DNA of 42,482 bases, taken from Gammaproteobacteria bacterium UBA6173 (lineage in GTDB: Bacteria > Pseudomonadota > Gammaproteobacteria > Pseudomonadales > Pseudohongiellaceae). The notes under the pieces are model-generated. The model was not told where the DNA came from. It saw only the letters and a program-made list of their open reading frames with translations, and ran no database searches. A program made the translations under genes and the position numbers. Below are positions 17,587 through 28,523 of this stretch, piece by piece. Each line of letters starts with the position of its first letter. Within the stretch, counting starts at the first letter, position 1. Location of the stretch: NCBI GenBank assembly GCA_002422225.1, contig DITX01000173.1, positions 7,593 to 50,074 on the forward strand, in the 5' to 3' direction.

Positions 17587-18675
17587 ATGCAAACGCTGAC
17601 AGTTGAACTCGGGGATCGTAGTTACCCTATCTATATCGGATCGGGTGTGTTGACGCACGCGAATCTGTTGCTCCCCCATATCAGCGGCCAGCAGGTGCTG
17701 ATTGTCAGCAATGACGTGGTTGCTCCCCTGTATCTTGAAAAGCTTCAATCAACTCTGACAGGCAAACAATGCGACGTGATTGTGTTGCCTGATGGTGAGC
17801 ACACCAAAACGCTCGAGACGCTGAATCTGATCTTTGATCAGTTGTTATGTAATCGACATGAGCGTGGCACAACAGTGATTGCCCTGGGTGGCGGTGTCAC
17901 GGGTGATATGGCCGGATTTGCAGCAGCTGTTTATCAGCGAGGCGTCAACTTTATCCAGATTCCTACCACCTTGTTATCGCAGGTAGATTCCTCTGTGGGT
18001 GGCAAAACTGGGGTGAATCATGCGCTGGGCAAAAACATGATTGGTGCGTTTTATCAGCCACAGTGTGTGTTGGCCGATATAGATGTTTTGTCCACCTTGC
18101 CGTTAAGAGAACTGCAGGCAGGTTTAGCTGAAGTGATCAAATACGGCTTGTTGGGTAACGCAGCGTTTTTTGAATGGCTAGAAACGAATATGGATGCCTT
18201 GCTGGCGCGTGATGCCGAGAAAATGGCCTATGCAGTCAGAATTTGCTGCGAAGAAAAAGCGCGCATTGTTGCTGCAGATGAAAAGGAGGGTGGTTTGCGC
18301 GCCTTGTTGAATCTCGGTCATACCTTTGGTCATGCCATTGAAGCGGCCATGGGTTATGGGACCTGGTTACATGGGGAAGCCGTCGCCGCAGGTATGGTGA
18401 TGGCAGCAGATTTATCCTGTCGCCTGGGCTGGCTGAGTTCTGCCGATGCAGTGCGAGCGCGTGCCCTGATTGAGCGAACCGGATTGCCCGTTGCACCCCC
18501 AGCCATGATGACGCCCCAGCAGTTTATTGAACTGATGTCTGTGGACAAAAAAGTGCAGTTCGGCAAAATCCGATTTGTGTTGATGAAGAGTATTGGGCAT
18601 GCCGTTATCGAGTCTGATATCCCGCCAGCGCTGCTTGAGCAGACACTGAGTGCCGGCAACAGCCTGTGTTTTTAA
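17587..18675 (+). CDS. aroB: 3-dehydroquinate synthase
   Basis: [46 protein letters not shown]. Confidence 0.98.
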   Translation: MQTLTVELGDRSYPIYIGSGVLTHANLLLPHISGQQVLIVSNDVVAPLYLEKLQSTLTGKQCDVIVLPDGEHTKTLETLNLIFDQLLCNRHERGTTVIALGGGVTGDMAGFAAAVYQRGVNFIQIPTTLLSQVDSSVGGKTGVNHALGKNMIGAFYQPQCVLADIDVLSTLPLRELQAGLAEVIKYGLLGNAAFFEWLETNMDALLARDAEKMAYAVRICCEEKARIVAADEKEGGLRALLNLGHTFGHAIEAAMGYGTWLHGEAVAAGMVMAADLSCRLGWLSSADAVRARALIERTGLPVAPPAMMTPQQFIELMSVDKKVQFGKIRFVLMKSIGHAVIESDIPPALLEQTLSAGNSLCF

Positions 18676-18718
18676 ATTTAAACTGTTTGATTATTTCGCA
18701 CGTGTTAAGGAGCTGCCT

Positions 18719-19783
18719 GTGGCCGCACTAAAAAATGACAGATTTCTCAGAGCATTAACCGGGCAGCCGGTTGATGTGACGCCAATATGGATGATGCGCC
18801 AGGCAGGCCGGTATTTGCCCGAGTACCGCGCCACCCGACAAAAAGCCGGTGATTTCATGAGCCTGTGTCAATCACCCGAGCTCGCTTGTGAAGTGACCTT
18901 ACAGCCATTGCGGCGGTATGCCATGGATGCGGCCATCTTGTTCTCGGATATTTTGACTATACCGGACGCAATGGGGCTGGGTTTGTATTTTTCAGAGGGA
19001 GAAGGCCCGCGCTTTCGCAAGACCATTCGCACGGCGGCAGATGTTGCGCAATTGCCAATACCAGACGTGGCCCGCGATCTGAGTTATGTCACCGACGCAG
19101 TCTCGCTGATTCGACGCGAACTGAACGGATCAGTGCCCTTGATAGGTTTTTCCGGAAGCCCCTGGACATTGGCGACCTATATGATAGAAGGCAGTGGCAG
19201 CAAGGATTTCCGGCACGCCAAAGCATTTATGTACAACCAGCCCGAACAAATGCATCTGCTGTTAGACAAGCTGGCGCAGTCAGTGACTTTGTACCTTAAC
19301 GCCCAGATTGCAGCCGGTGCACAGGCAGTGCAGATTTTTGATACCTGGGGTGGCATTCTTACCACACAGGCTTACCGCGAATTCTCCCTGGCCTACATGA
19401 AAAAAATTGTGGCAGGCCTGACACGTGAATCAGAAGGTCGCAAGGTGCCAGTCATTTTGTTCACCAAAAATGGTGGGCTGTGGCTGGATGATATTGCTGA
19501 CAGTGGCTGTGACTGCGTGGGACTGGATTGGACCATTGAAATTGGGCGCGCGCGCGCGTTGATTGGCAATAAAGTGTCACTGCAAGGCAATATGGATCCT
19601 TCCATTCTGTATTCAACGCCCGACAGTATCCGGGCCGAAGTGCGTCGAATTCTGGCATCGTTTGGCCACGGCAATGGCCATGTGTTCAATCTTGGGCATG
19701 GAATAACGCCTGATGTTGATCCGGCCAATGTCAGTGCTTTTGTGGATGCAGTGCATGAGTTTTCAGCTGAATACCATCGCTGA
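18719..19783 (+). CDS. hemE: Uroporphyrinogen decarboxylase
   Basis: [31 protein letters not shown]; GTG start after AAGGAG. Confidence 0.98.
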   Translation: MAALKNDRFLRALTGQPVDVTPIWMMRQAGRYLPEYRATRQKAGDFMSLCQSPELACEVTLQPLRRYAMDAAILFSDILTIPDAMGLGLYFSEGEGPRFRKTIRTAADVAQLPIPDVARDLSYVTDAVSLIRRELNGSVPLIGFSGSPWTLATYMIEGSGSKDFRHAKAFMYNQPEQMHLLLDKLAQSVTLYLNAQIAAGAQAVQIFDTWGGILTTQAYREFSLAYMKKIVAGLTRESEGRKVPVILFTKNGGLWLDDIADSGCDCVGLDWTIEIGRARALIGNKVSLQGNMDPSILYSTPDSIRAEVRRILASFGHGNGHVFNLGHGITPDVDPANVSAFVDAVHEFSAEYHR

Positions 19784-19814
19784 TCTTTACAGGCACCGCC
19801 CTCAATCGAGGGAT

Positions 19815-20315
19815 GTGCCCAAAGCGGTGATTGCGCTGGGTTCAAATTTGCCTGCCCTCCAAGCAGGCATAGCGTGCCGTCCTGAAGACAATTTGATGGC
19901 GGTGCTGCCGGCTCTGCAGTTATTGTCATCGCTGCCTGTGCTGATGTCGGACATCATCATGACCGATCCGGTGGATTGCCCCCCGGGTAGCCCTCCATTT
20001 GCCAATGCCGTCGCAGTTATATGCCCTGATGTGAGCGTAACGCCGCTTCAGTTGCTCGCTGAACTGCAGGCGATTGAAACCCGATTCGGGCGGCAACGAC
20101 ATGGCGTTCGCAATGAAGCGCGGGTTGTTGATCTGGATATTATCAGCTTTGGCGATTACCAGATTGAATCAGCACAATTGACCTTGCCGCATCCGCGCGC
20201 GACGCAGCGTTTGTTTGTACTTGAGCCCTTGCTCCAGATATGGCCGGATTTTTGTTTTCCGGGAGAGCGGCAATCAGTCAAGGAACTTGTCAGAATCCTG
20301 CGCCAGGGTGCTTGA
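19815..20315 (+). CDS. folK: 6-hydroxymethyl-7,8-dihydropterin pyrophosphokinase
   Basis: IALGSNL, FANAV, ARVVDLDII, LPHPRATQRLFVLEPL; GTG start inferred. Confidence 0.93.
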   Translation: MPKAVIALGSNLPALQAGIACRPEDNLMAVLPALQLLSSLPVLMSDIIMTDPVDCPPGSPPFANAVAVICPDVSVTPLQLLAELQAIETRFGRQRHGVRNEARVVDLDIISFGDYQIESAQLTLPHPRATQRLFVLEPLLQIWPDFCFPGERQSVKELVRILRQGA

Positions 20316-20343
20316 ACGCGTGCTTGAAGCATGTATACTCCTC

Positions 20344-20403
20344 AGTCCAGAGACAGAAAGTCCAGAGACAGAAAGCCCGGATACAAAGTGTCCAGATACA
20401 AAC
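20344..20403 (+). repeat. Degenerate tandem repeat, 4 x 15 bp
   Basis: agtccagagacagaa / agtccagagacagaa / agcccggatacaaag / tgtccagatacaaac. Confidence 0.85.
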
Positions 20404-20425
20404 TATTCACGACAGCAGCGTTTTC

Positions 20426-21268
20426 ATGGCATCAAACACAATAAGATATACGCTCGGCCAACAGTTGCTGCTTGCAGCGTCTGTTTTTGCTGTGCCTTTT
20501 TCTGTATTTGCTGACGAAAACCCTGCGGCCTTGGCAGACAATGCAACGCCGCAAGTTGTGGAACGCAGTTTTGCAGGTGCCGCCGTCTCTGCTGTGATGC
20601 AGTTTGTTCGCCCGGCGCCAGAAACGCCAGTTGCCTTAAGCCCTGCGTTGCGATTGGAAGCATTCCCCGCGCTGCAAGCCAGTGAGGATTCGCTCAGGGT
20701 GTTGGATATCAGCCTGGAACCCGTGCTGATGAGTCGTGGATTTAATGCCATTCCTGGTAAACAGGGTTTAGACCTGAGTTCGTCCTATGTCTGGGAATCT
20801 CCGCGGTTTGGACAGTTTGTGCTCAGCACCAATACCAGTTATTTATACAATACCGCCAGCTCCGCGGTTGTGCGTGACAACAGTCTCTTGGGGGCGCGCG
20901 CTGAAACTGTAGGTTCAGCGATAACGCTGATGCCGGAGCGTCAGAGCAGTTTGACGCTTAGCTGGCAGATTGGAAATCACACGGCCACGGCTGTAACCAG
21001 TTATTCAGATGCACTCGACCAGCTCGGTTTGTTGAGCCTGGATAATTTGAATGTTGACGATCTCAACGAGCTGGTTGGTCAGATCACAACGCTTGATCTG
21101 AGTTATGGTTACAACGTCAGAACGGGACGGCAGGGTAACGCGTCAATCTCTCTGGGTGTCAGAAATATGCTGGACAGCCGCTTGCAGACGCCAGCAGTGT
21201 CTCGTCAGGTTACTGCGCGTGAGCCTGCTGGCAGCGTTGCCTACGGTACGATCAAGTACCAGTTCTGA
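20426..21268 (+). CDS. Secreted outer-membrane beta-strand protein resembling the C-terminal part of a TonB-dependent receptor
   Basis: Signal peptide ending SVFA; amphipathic strands GLDLSSSYVW, TTLDLSYGY, ISLGVRNMLD; C-terminal YGTIKYQF beta-signal; start could lie further upstream. Confidence 0.6.
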   Translation: MASNTIRYTLGQQLLLAASVFAVPFSVFADENPAALADNATPQVVERSFAGAAVSAVMQFVRPAPETPVALSPALRLEAFPALQASEDSLRVLDISLEPVLMSRGFNAIPGKQGLDLSSSYVWESPRFGQFVLSTNTSYLYNTASSAVVRDNSLLGARAETVGSAITLMPERQSSLTLSWQIGNHTATAVTSYSDALDQLGLLSLDNLNVDDLNELVGQITTLDLSYGYNVRTGRQGNASISLGVRNMLDSRLQTPAVSRQVTAREPAGSVAYGTIKYQF

Positions 21269-21273
21269 AACAA

Positions 21274-22575
21274 TCAACCCAGTGCTGATATTTCACTTAC
21301 AACTGTATTCACGGCTACGGTGAGCACTGAGAGCTGTCCACGTGAAATCACAAAGGGCGGCATTAAATATATCAGACGCCCAAAAGGCCTGATCCAGACA
21401 CCCAATTCCACCAATCGTGGTTGTAAGGTGCGCATATCCACAGGTTTTTTCAGTTCAACTACGCCAATCGCACCCAACACTCTGACTTCCGCGACGGCAG
21501 CGGAATTGCGGCATGGCTCAAGCTCCCGCGTCATTTGTTGTTCTATAGCAAGCACACGCTGCTGCCAAGGGCTGTTGATAAGCAATGTCAGACTGGCCGC
21601 TGCCACGGCACAAGCCAGCGGATTGGCCATAAAGGTAGGGCCGTGCATAAAAGCGTCGCCCTTGGACGAAATTGTTTCGGCAAGCTGCGTGGTGGTCAAT
21701 GTAGCCGCGAGCGTCATATACCCACCCGTCAGCGCTTTGCCCAGGCACAGAATATCCGGAGCAATATCGGCATGCTCACAAGCAAACATTTTTCCGGTGC
21801 GTCCAAATCCGGTCGCAATTTCATCTGCAATCAGCAATACCTTGTATTGGTCACAGAGTTGACGCAACTCCCGCAAGAATTGCGGGGAATAAAAAAACAT
21901 ACCGCCGGCGCCCTGCACAATGGGTTCAATAATCACGGCGGCTAGTTCGTGATGATGAGCGGCCAGCAAGGCTTGCACACTGGCGATGTCATTGCTGTTC
22001 CAGGCATCCCTGAATGCAGTTTGTGGCGCGTTTGCAAACAACTGCCGATTTAACACCCGTTCAAACAAAGTATGCATGCCAGTCACCGGGTCACACACTG
22101 ACATCGCAGCAAACGTGTCGCCGTGATATGCGCGCCGAAAACTCAGTAAGCGGCACTTCTCGGTGCGCGCTTGAGCGGCCCAGTATTGAACAGCCATTTT
22201 GATGGCTGCTTCCACAGCAACTGAACCTGAATCGCAGAAAAATACTTTGGTCAATGCAGGTGGCGTGAGCGTGAGCAGTTGCTTCGCCAGCGTGATTGCG
22301 GGTTCGTGGGTGAGCCCGCCAAACATGACGTGTGCCATTTTACTCAATTGGGTGTTGATAGCGGCATTGAGTGTCGGATGATTATAACCATGCACCGCTG
22401 CCCACCAGGAACTCATCCCATCAACCAGGCGTCTGCCGTCAGCAAGTTCCAGCTCACAGCCTTCTGCGCGCTCAACCAAACAAACTGACAGTGGATCGGT
22501 CATGGATGTGTAGGGGTGGATGAGATGTGCGTGATCAAACTGAAGCAGTGTGTTTATCTCAGTATCTGTTTTCAT
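21274..22575 (-). CDS. bioA: Adenosylmethionine-8-amino-7-oxononanoate aminotransferase
   Basis: [51 protein letters not shown]. Confidence 0.97.
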   Translation of the reverse strand: MKTDTEINTLLQFDHAHLIHPYTSMTDPLSVCLVERAEGCELELADGRRLVDGMSSWWAAVHGYNHPTLNAAINTQLSKMAHVMFGGLTHEPAITLAKQLLTLTPPALTKVFFCDSGSVAVEAAIKMAVQYWAAQARTEKCRLLSFRRAYHGDTFAAMSVCDPVTGMHTLFERVLNRQLFANAPQTAFRDAWNSNDIASVQALLAAHHHELAAVIIEPIVQGAGGMFFYSPQFLRELRQLCDQYKVLLIADEIATGFGRTGKMFACEHADIAPDILCLGKALTGGYMTLAATLTTTQLAETISSKGDAFMHGPTFMANPLACAVAAASLTLLINSPWQQRVLAIEQQMTRELEPCRNSAAVAEVRVLGAIGVVELKKPVDMRTLQPRLVELGVWIRPFGRLIYLMPPFVISRGQLSVLTVAVNTVVSEISALG

Positions 22576-22594
22576 GGTGTCAGTCACATTGGGC

Positions 22595-23386
22595 TTATCG
22601 GTTGGCGCGGGCGACCGACCAGATGTCGATTTTTGCAACGCCTCGCGCGCGCAGAACTTCGGACATGGCATTGACGGTCGCGGTGGTGGTAACAACGTCG
22701 TCGATGATTGCCACATGCTGCCCGGATACCAGAGGCATCTGTTTGCCGGCATCAAATACTGTGCGCATGTTGTTGCGTCGCTCATTGGCGTTCAGGCCAC
22801 GTTGGGAATGCAGGCTCGCATGACGCTGACAGACGTGTTGCAGGACCGGAATCTGGCAGCGTCTGGAAATCGAGTTGGCCAGCAAAGCGGACTGATTAAA
22901 GCCGCGTTTGCGTAAACGGCTGGCATGTAAAGGAACCGGCAACAGGTAGTTTGGCATCGAGGTCGCCTGCTCCAGATAAAACTGCCTGAAACCTGCCTGC
23001 AAGTGATAACCTAGGTAACGCGCTTCATTAAAACCGGCGTGTTCTTTGAACGTATTTATCATCGATGAAACTGGGGCCTCATAAGCAAAGACAGACAGGC
23101 AGCGGTCAAACGCGGGCGCGTACCGTTGACAGCTCATACACACATACCCGTTGTCATCCAGCGGGTTCGGTCGTGAAAATGACGCAGACTCAGACTCCCA
23201 GATACCACAGCGACTGCAGGAAGGTGGCTGCCAGGGCAGTTCTGCCTCACAGGCTTCACACAAAGCCAGTTGGCTGCGAGTAGGCATTTGGCAGCACAGG
23301 CAATGTTGCGTCGGGGTCAAGGTCGCGGTTATCTGCGTCAGAGTTCGTTTAAATGCGCGGCGCCATGTTGTATAAATATTGATCAT
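22595..23386 (-). CDS. comF: ComF family protein (double zinc ribbon plus PRTase-like domain)
   Basis: CxxC motifs, [23 protein letters not shown]. Confidence 0.9.
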   Translation of the reverse strand: MINIYTTWRRAFKRTLTQITATLTPTQHCLCCQMPTRSQLALCEACEAELPWQPPSCSRCGIWESESASFSRPNPLDDNGYVCMSCQRYAPAFDRCLSVFAYEAPVSSMINTFKEHAGFNEARYLGYHLQAGFRQFYLEQATSMPNYLLPVPLHASRLRKRGFNQSALLANSISRRCQIPVLQHVCQRHASLHSQRGLNANERRNNMRTVFDAGKQMPLVSGQHVAIIDDVVTTTATVNAMSEVLRARGVAKIDIWSVARANR

Positions 23387-23418
23387 TTGTAAATCTTTAT
23401 TTTTTATCAGGTTGACAA
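23387..23418. promoter_or_regulatory. BirA biotin operator overlapping the bioB -35 element
   Basis: TTGTAAATC-N14-GGTTGACAA resembles TTGTAAACC-N14/16-GGTTTACAA; TTGACA at 23412-23417 with TAAAAT at 23434-23439. Confidence 0.8.
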
Positions 23419-23533
23419 GTCTCGGCTGACTTATAAAATGGCGATCACTTTAAACCCACTATAGACCTTCACTTCGCTGCATGCCGGGTAATTGCACCGC
23501 TGGCAATGCTCGATTGTCACAGGAATAAAACTG

Positions 23534-24547
23534 ATGTCAGTGATTCGCAATAATTGGACACGAAACGAAATTCAGGCGCTGTTTGAGTTGCCACTCATGG
23601 ATCTACTGTTTCAGGCACAAACCATTCATCGCCAGTTTTTTGATCCAAACCGTATTCAAATGAGTACGCTGCTCTCAATTAAAACCGGCGCGTGCCCTGA
23701 GGATTGCAAATACTGTCCTCAAAGTGGTCACTACAACACCGGGCTAAAAAAGGAAAAACTGCTGGAGGTCGAGAAAGTGGTCGCACAGGCCAAAGCAGCC
23801 CGCGATAGCGGTGCTTCGCGTTTCTGTATGGGCGCGGCATGGAAAAATCCATCTGACAAGGATTTTCCGGTAGTGCTGGAAATGGTGCGGCAGGTGCGTG
23901 ATCTTGGCATGGAAACCTGCATGACGCTGGGCGCTCTCACCCCTGAACAGGCCGATGCTCTTGCGCACGCGGGTCTGGATTATTACAACCATAATCTGGA
24001 TACATCTCCCGAGTATTACGCTGAAATTATCAGCACTCGCACGTATCAAGGGCGTCTGGACACACTCACCTATGTGCGCGATGCCGGGATGAAAGTGTGC
24101 AGTGGCGGAATTGTTGGCATGGGTGAAACTGCCGCAGATCGCGTAGGGTTGCTGCAACAGTTGGCCAACATGCCCGCACATCCTGACAGTGTGCCCATTA
24201 ACAATCTGGTCAAAGTCAAAGGGACTCCGCTGGCGGATGTTGACGATCTGGATGCCTTTGACTTCATTAGAACAATTGCTGTTGCCCGGATTACCATGCC
24301 GGCCTCCTATGTGCGCTTGTCTGCAGGTCGGCAACAAATGAGCGAGCAGACACAGGCGCTATGCTTTTTTGCTGGTGCAAATTCAATCTTTTACGGCGAA
24401 AAACTGCTAACAACTCCACTGCCGGAAGAGAGCCAGGATCTTGCCATGTTCAGACGATTGGGCTTGCAGGCTGAAGGCGCGTCGACGCAGTCGCATGTGA
24501 TTCAGCATGCTCAGGCCAATCACCCGCTTTACTACGCCGCTTCCTGA
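23534..24547 (+). CDS. bioB: Biotin synthase
   Basis: CPEDCKYC radical SAM motif, [14 protein letters not shown]. Confidence 0.98.
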   Translation: MSVIRNNWTRNEIQALFELPLMDLLFQAQTIHRQFFDPNRIQMSTLLSIKTGACPEDCKYCPQSGHYNTGLKKEKLLEVEKVVAQAKAARDSGASRFCMGAAWKNPSDKDFPVVLEMVRQVRDLGMETCMTLGALTPEQADALAHAGLDYYNHNLDTSPEYYAEIISTRTYQGRLDTLTYVRDAGMKVCSGGIVGMGETAADRVGLLQQLANMPAHPDSVPINNLVKVKGTPLADVDDLDAFDFIRTIAVARITMPASYVRLSAGRQQMSEQTQALCFFAGANSIFYGEKLLTTPLPEESQDLAMFRRLGLQAEGASTQSHVIQHAQANHPLYYAAS

Positions 24548-24556
24548 GCCGTCCCT

Positions 24557-25795
24557 GTGATAGCAAATGGTAAGGACATCCCGCGCTGGCGCTCTGCCTT
24601 GCAACCAGCGCTAGAGTCGCGGCGCACGCTGGGCTTGATACGCCAGCGGCAAGTGCGGCAAGGCCCTTGTCAACCTGCCATGTTTTTGAACGACCGCAGT
24701 TTGATTTCGTTTTGTACAAACGACTATCTGGGTTTATCCAATCACCCGGATGTGTTGGCCGCGTTTATTGAGGGAGCACGCGAATATGGCGTGGGCAGCG
24801 GCGCATCCCATATGGTAACGGGACATTGCCGCATTCACGATCAGCTTGAAGAAGCGCTTGCTGCGTTTACGGGGCGTGATCGTGCATTGTTGTTTTCTAC
24901 GGGATACATGGCCAACCTCGGAGTGATTAATGCACTGACCAACGCACAATCACTTGTGCTGCAGGATGAGCTGAATCATGCGTCCTTGTTGGATGGCGGT
25001 TGGCTGAGCCGTGCCACCTCACGCCGCTACACACATGCCAATCTGTCGGCGCTCGAACAAGCTTTGAGAGACGCACACTCGGCGCCGACATTGATAGTCA
25101 CTGATGGTGTTTTTAGTATGGATGGCGACGTGGCACCGTTGTCAGGCATGATTGCGCTGGCGCGTCAGTATGGTGCCGGTCTGATGGTGGATGATGCGCA
25201 TGGCATGGGTTGTCTCGGTCTGGGTGGACAAGGTGTGATCGCCAGCGACAACGATGACACTCTAATCAACCAGAGTGATATACCTGTCTTGATTGGTACG
25301 TTTGGCAAAGCGTTTGGCACAGCCGGTGCCTTTGTTGCTGGCGATGAGGGGCTGATTGACTACCTTGAACAATTTGCCAGAACCTATACCTTCACCACGG
25401 CCATGCCACCAGCCTTGGCGCAGGCCACCTTGGCAAGCCTGAAAATAATCACCGCTGAGCCGTGGCGTCGACAGCGACTACAGATGCTGATCAATACGTT
25501 TCGATCGGGCATGGCAGCGCTTAAACTCCCTTTGCTGCCATCAAACACGCCTGTGCAGGCACTGATGCTGGGCGACGTTGATCGGGCGCTGGCAGCCAGT
25601 CAATTTCTGTTGTCTCGTGGACTACAGGTGTCTGCCATTCGACCGCCAACTGTCCCGGCAGGCAGTGCACGGCTCAGAATTACATTATCAGCCGTGCATA
25701 CTGATGTGCAGTTGCAGTGTTTGCTGGATGCAATGGCAGAATTGGCACACACGTTCTCACGTTCAGAAATGGGGGATCCCAATGTCATTGACTGA
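24557..25795 (+). CDS. bioF: 8-amino-7-oxononanoate synthase
   Basis: NDYLGL, NHASLLDG, DGVFSMDGD, DDAHG, TFGKAFG, IRPPTVP. Confidence 0.96.
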   Translation: MIANGKDIPRWRSALQPALESRRTLGLIRQRQVRQGPCQPAMFLNDRSLISFCTNDYLGLSNHPDVLAAFIEGAREYGVGSGASHMVTGHCRIHDQLEEALAAFTGRDRALLFSTGYMANLGVINALTNAQSLVLQDELNHASLLDGGWLSRATSRRYTHANLSALEQALRDAHSAPTLIVTDGVFSMDGDVAPLSGMIALARQYGAGLMVDDAHGMGCLGLGGQGVIASDNDDTLINQSDIPVLIGTFGKAFGTAGAFVAGDEGLIDYLEQFARTYTFTTAMPPALAQATLASLKIITAEPWRRQRLQMLINTFRSGMAALKLPLLPSNTPVQALMLGDVDRALAASQFLLSRGLQVSAIRPPTVPAGSARLRITLSAVHTDVQLQCLLDAMAELAHTFSRSEMGDPNVID

Positions 25796-26525
25796 TGTCG
25801 ATATAGCAACTGAGTCGCGGTTACCGCAGACGCAAAAGCGCTTTGCCTGCTTTGTGACCGGCACTGATACCGGTGTAGGCAAATCGCTGGTGTCCGCGTC
25901 CTTACTGGCGGCGGCCACACGTCTCGGTAAACGTACAACTGCTATGAAACCCGTGGCATCCGGGTGTGAACTGATCGAGGGAGAATTGCGCAATGACGAT
26001 GCGCTCCTACTGCAGCGCTACTGCAGTGTGGCGCTGAGTTACGAACAGATCAACCCGGTAGCCCTGCGTGCTGCCGTGGCGCCGCATCTGGCCGCTGGCC
26101 TTGAAGGTCGAAAAGTATCTGTACAAAGGCTGACAGGATTCGCTCAAGCTGTTTTTTCAGAACGTGCCGACGTGACGGTGATTGAGGGGGCTGGTGGTTG
26201 GCGAGTCCCACTGAACCGCAGCGAATTCCTGTCGGACCTGCCACGCATACTGCAGTTGCCGGTGATCCTGGTTGTAGGTATCCGGCTGGGATGCATCAAT
26301 CATGCATTGTTGACAGCGGAAGCCATCCAGTCAGACGGGCTCAAACTGGTCGGCTGGGTTGCCAATCACTTGTCGTCAGATATGCCTCTGGCTGCAGAAA
26401 ACGTAGCCAGCCTGGTCAGTTTGATGCCGGCCCCGTGTCTGGGTGAGTTCCCATGGTTACCCGGAGCAACGCCAGACACCTTCAGCGACTTGCTGGATTT
26501 CAACCTACTGCTCAACAGTCAATGA
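25782..26525 (+). CDS. bioD: Dethiobiotin synthase
   Basis: FVTGTDTGVGKS, KPVASG, EGAGG, LGCINHA; ATG 25782 overlaps the bioF end. Confidence 0.96.
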   Translation: MSLTDVDIATESRLPQTQKRFACFVTGTDTGVGKSLVSASLLAAATRLGKRTTAMKPVASGCELIEGELRNDDALLLQRYCSVALSYEQINPVALRAAVAPHLAAGLEGRKVSVQRLTGFAQAVFSERADVTVIEGAGGWRVPLNRSEFLSDLPRILQLPVILVVGIRLGCINHALLTAEAIQSDGLKLVGWVANHLSSDMPLAAENVASLVSLMPAPCLGEFPWLPGATPDTFSDLLDFNLLLNSQ

Positions 26526-26575
26526 GCCACCCGGCCTGACAGTGCGTATAAGCATCGGCTTGTTCTATGGTTGAC

Positions 26576-26593
26576 GTTGACGTTAACGTCAAC
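26576..26593. promoter_or_regulatory. LiuR-type operator (perfect 18-bp palindrome)
   Basis: GTTGACGTTAACGTCAAC upstream of an acyl-CoA dehydrogenase; overlaps TTGACG -35 with TACTTT 17 bp downstream. Confidence 0.65.
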
Positions 26594-26705
26594 TGAAGCT
26601 ACTTTATGCGCAATCCGAAATGTACAACGCGCTAAATCGCAAACCATGGCAGCGCGACATGCCGTTTTTGCCACTTGATTGCTGTTATCCAGCCGGAGTT
26701 TTACT

Positions 26706-28499
26706 GTGCCTGATTACAAAGCCCCCGTCCGAGATATGAAATTTATCCTGCACGAAGTGTTGCAGGCTGAACACTTGCTGGCGCAGATGCCTGGCACCAG
26801 TGAAGTGACTGCCGATCTGATCGATTCCGTGCTGGACGAGGCAGGCAAAGTCGCAGAGCAGTTGTTGGCCCCTCTTAATCGCCAAGGTGATGAGCAAGGT
26901 TGTCAGTTTGATGCGGGCGTTGTCACCACACCCACCGGATTCAAACAGGCTTATGACACGTTTGCGCAAGGCGGATGGATAGGTCTGGCGGGTGATCCGG
27001 AATATGGCGGTCAGGGGATGCCCAAAACACTGGCAGTGTGTTTTGAAGAGATGATGATGGCTGCCAACAGCTCGCTGGCGCTGTACGCTGTCTTGAGTGC
27101 GGGTGCGTCGCTTGCCATCGCGCGACACGCCAGTGCTGAGCTCAAACAAGCTTATTTGCCGAAATTATACGAAGGCACCTGGAGTGCCACCATGTGCCTG
27201 ACCGAGGCGCATGCCGGCACTGATCTGGGCATGATCAAGACCAAAGCGGTTCCTCAGGCGGATGGCAGTTATGAGCTTTCCGGTACCAAAATTTTTATCA
27301 CCGGCGGTGAGCATGATTTGACCGAAAACATCATCCATCTGGTGCTGGCCAAATTGCCGGATGCGCCTGCGGGTGCGCGCGGAATATCCTTGTTTCTGGT
27401 ACCCAAATACATGCCTGACGCCCAGGGTGGGCCGGGTGAGCGAAACGCCGTCAATTGTGGTTCTATTGAGCACAAGATGGGGATGAAAGGTTCGTCAACC
27501 TGCGTGATGAACTTTGATGGTGCCAAAGGATTCCTGGTCGGCGAGCTGAACAAAGGGCTCGCGTGTATGTTCACCATGATGAATTATGAGCGGCTCACCA
27601 TCGGGCTACAGGGCTTGGGGTTGGGCGATGCGTCTTATCAGACCGCTGCATCGTATGCGCGAGATCGCCTGCAGGGGCGAGCAGCTACCGGTCCTGTCAC
27701 ACCGGAGAAGCCTGCAGATTCGCTGCTTGTTCATGCTGATGTCAGACGCATGCTGCTGACCATGCGGGCTAACACTGAGGCTGCACGTGCGCTGGCGGCC
27801 TACGTGGGTGCCCAATTGGACATGGTGTACTTTCATCCGGATGAGCAGGTTCGCGCGCGTGCCACCAAACTGGTTGCGTTGCTGACGCCGATTGCCAAGG
27901 CTGCTTTCACTGATCGTGGATTCGAGGCTTGTGTCCTTGGGCAGCAGGTGTTGGGCGGTCATGGTTACGTGCGCGAATGGGGGCAGGAACAGCATGTTCG
28001 TGATGCCCGTATTGCGCAGATTTACGAAGGTACAAACGGCATACAATCCCTGGACTTGATGGGCCGCAAAGTTGTATTTGATCGCGAGGGAATGTTGGAC
28101 GTGTTGGTTGAGGATATTCGCGCGTTTATTGCACAGGAAAAAAATGGCAAGGTTGCCGGATTTGTTTCAGTTCTGAATTCAGCCCTGCAAACGCTTCTGG
28201 ATACCACTGCTACCGTACGCGAAGCCAGTGGCAGCAACCCGAATGAGGTAGGCGCTGCGTCAGTTGCTTATCTTGATCTTATGACCTTGATTTTATATGG
28301 CTTCATGTGGGCGCGCATGGTCAGTGTGGCCACCCGGGCGCTGGATGAAAACCCCTCATCGGACGCGGATTTCTACCAGGCAAAAATACATGTGGGTTGT
28401 TTTTACCTGGATAAATTGATGCCACGTTACAAGTCAGTGGCAGAGGAAATTCGCGCGGGCAGTGACGTGGTGATGGCGATGGATGCGGCGCTGTTCTGA
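26706..28499 (+). CDS. Acyl-CoA dehydrogenase (long, approx. 600 aa type)
   Basis: TMCLTEAHAGTDLG, GTKIFIT, EHKMG, QVLGGHGY, IYEGTNGIQ; GTG start after GGAG. Confidence 0.95.
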   Translation: MPDYKAPVRDMKFILHEVLQAEHLLAQMPGTSEVTADLIDSVLDEAGKVAEQLLAPLNRQGDEQGCQFDAGVVTTPTGFKQAYDTFAQGGWIGLAGDPEYGGQGMPKTLAVCFEEMMMAANSSLALYAVLSAGASLAIARHASAELKQAYLPKLYEGTWSATMCLTEAHAGTDLGMIKTKAVPQADGSYELSGTKIFITGGEHDLTENIIHLVLAKLPDAPAGARGISLFLVPKYMPDAQGGPGERNAVNCGSIEHKMGMKGSSTCVMNFDGAKGFLVGELNKGLACMFTMMNYERLTIGLQGLGLGDASYQTAASYARDRLQGRAATGPVTPEKPADSLLVHADVRRMLLTMRANTEAARALAAYVGAQLDMVYFHPDEQVRARATKLVALLTPIAKAAFTDRGFEACVLGQQVLGGHGYVREWGQEQHVRDARIAQIYEGTNGIQSLDLMGRKVVFDREGMLDVLVEDIRAFIAQEKNGKVAGFVSVLNSALQTLLDTTATVREASGSNPNEVGAASVAYLDLMTLILYGFMWARMVSVATRALDENPSSDADFYQAKIHVGCFYLDKLMPRYKSVAEEIRAGSDVVMAMDAALF

Positions 28500-28523
28500 G
28501 CCGCATCCATCAATTATTGCGTG

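Noticed and set aside
20344-20403. Possible CRISPR array
   Set aside because: Units are contiguous 15-mers without spacers, and no cas genes are present
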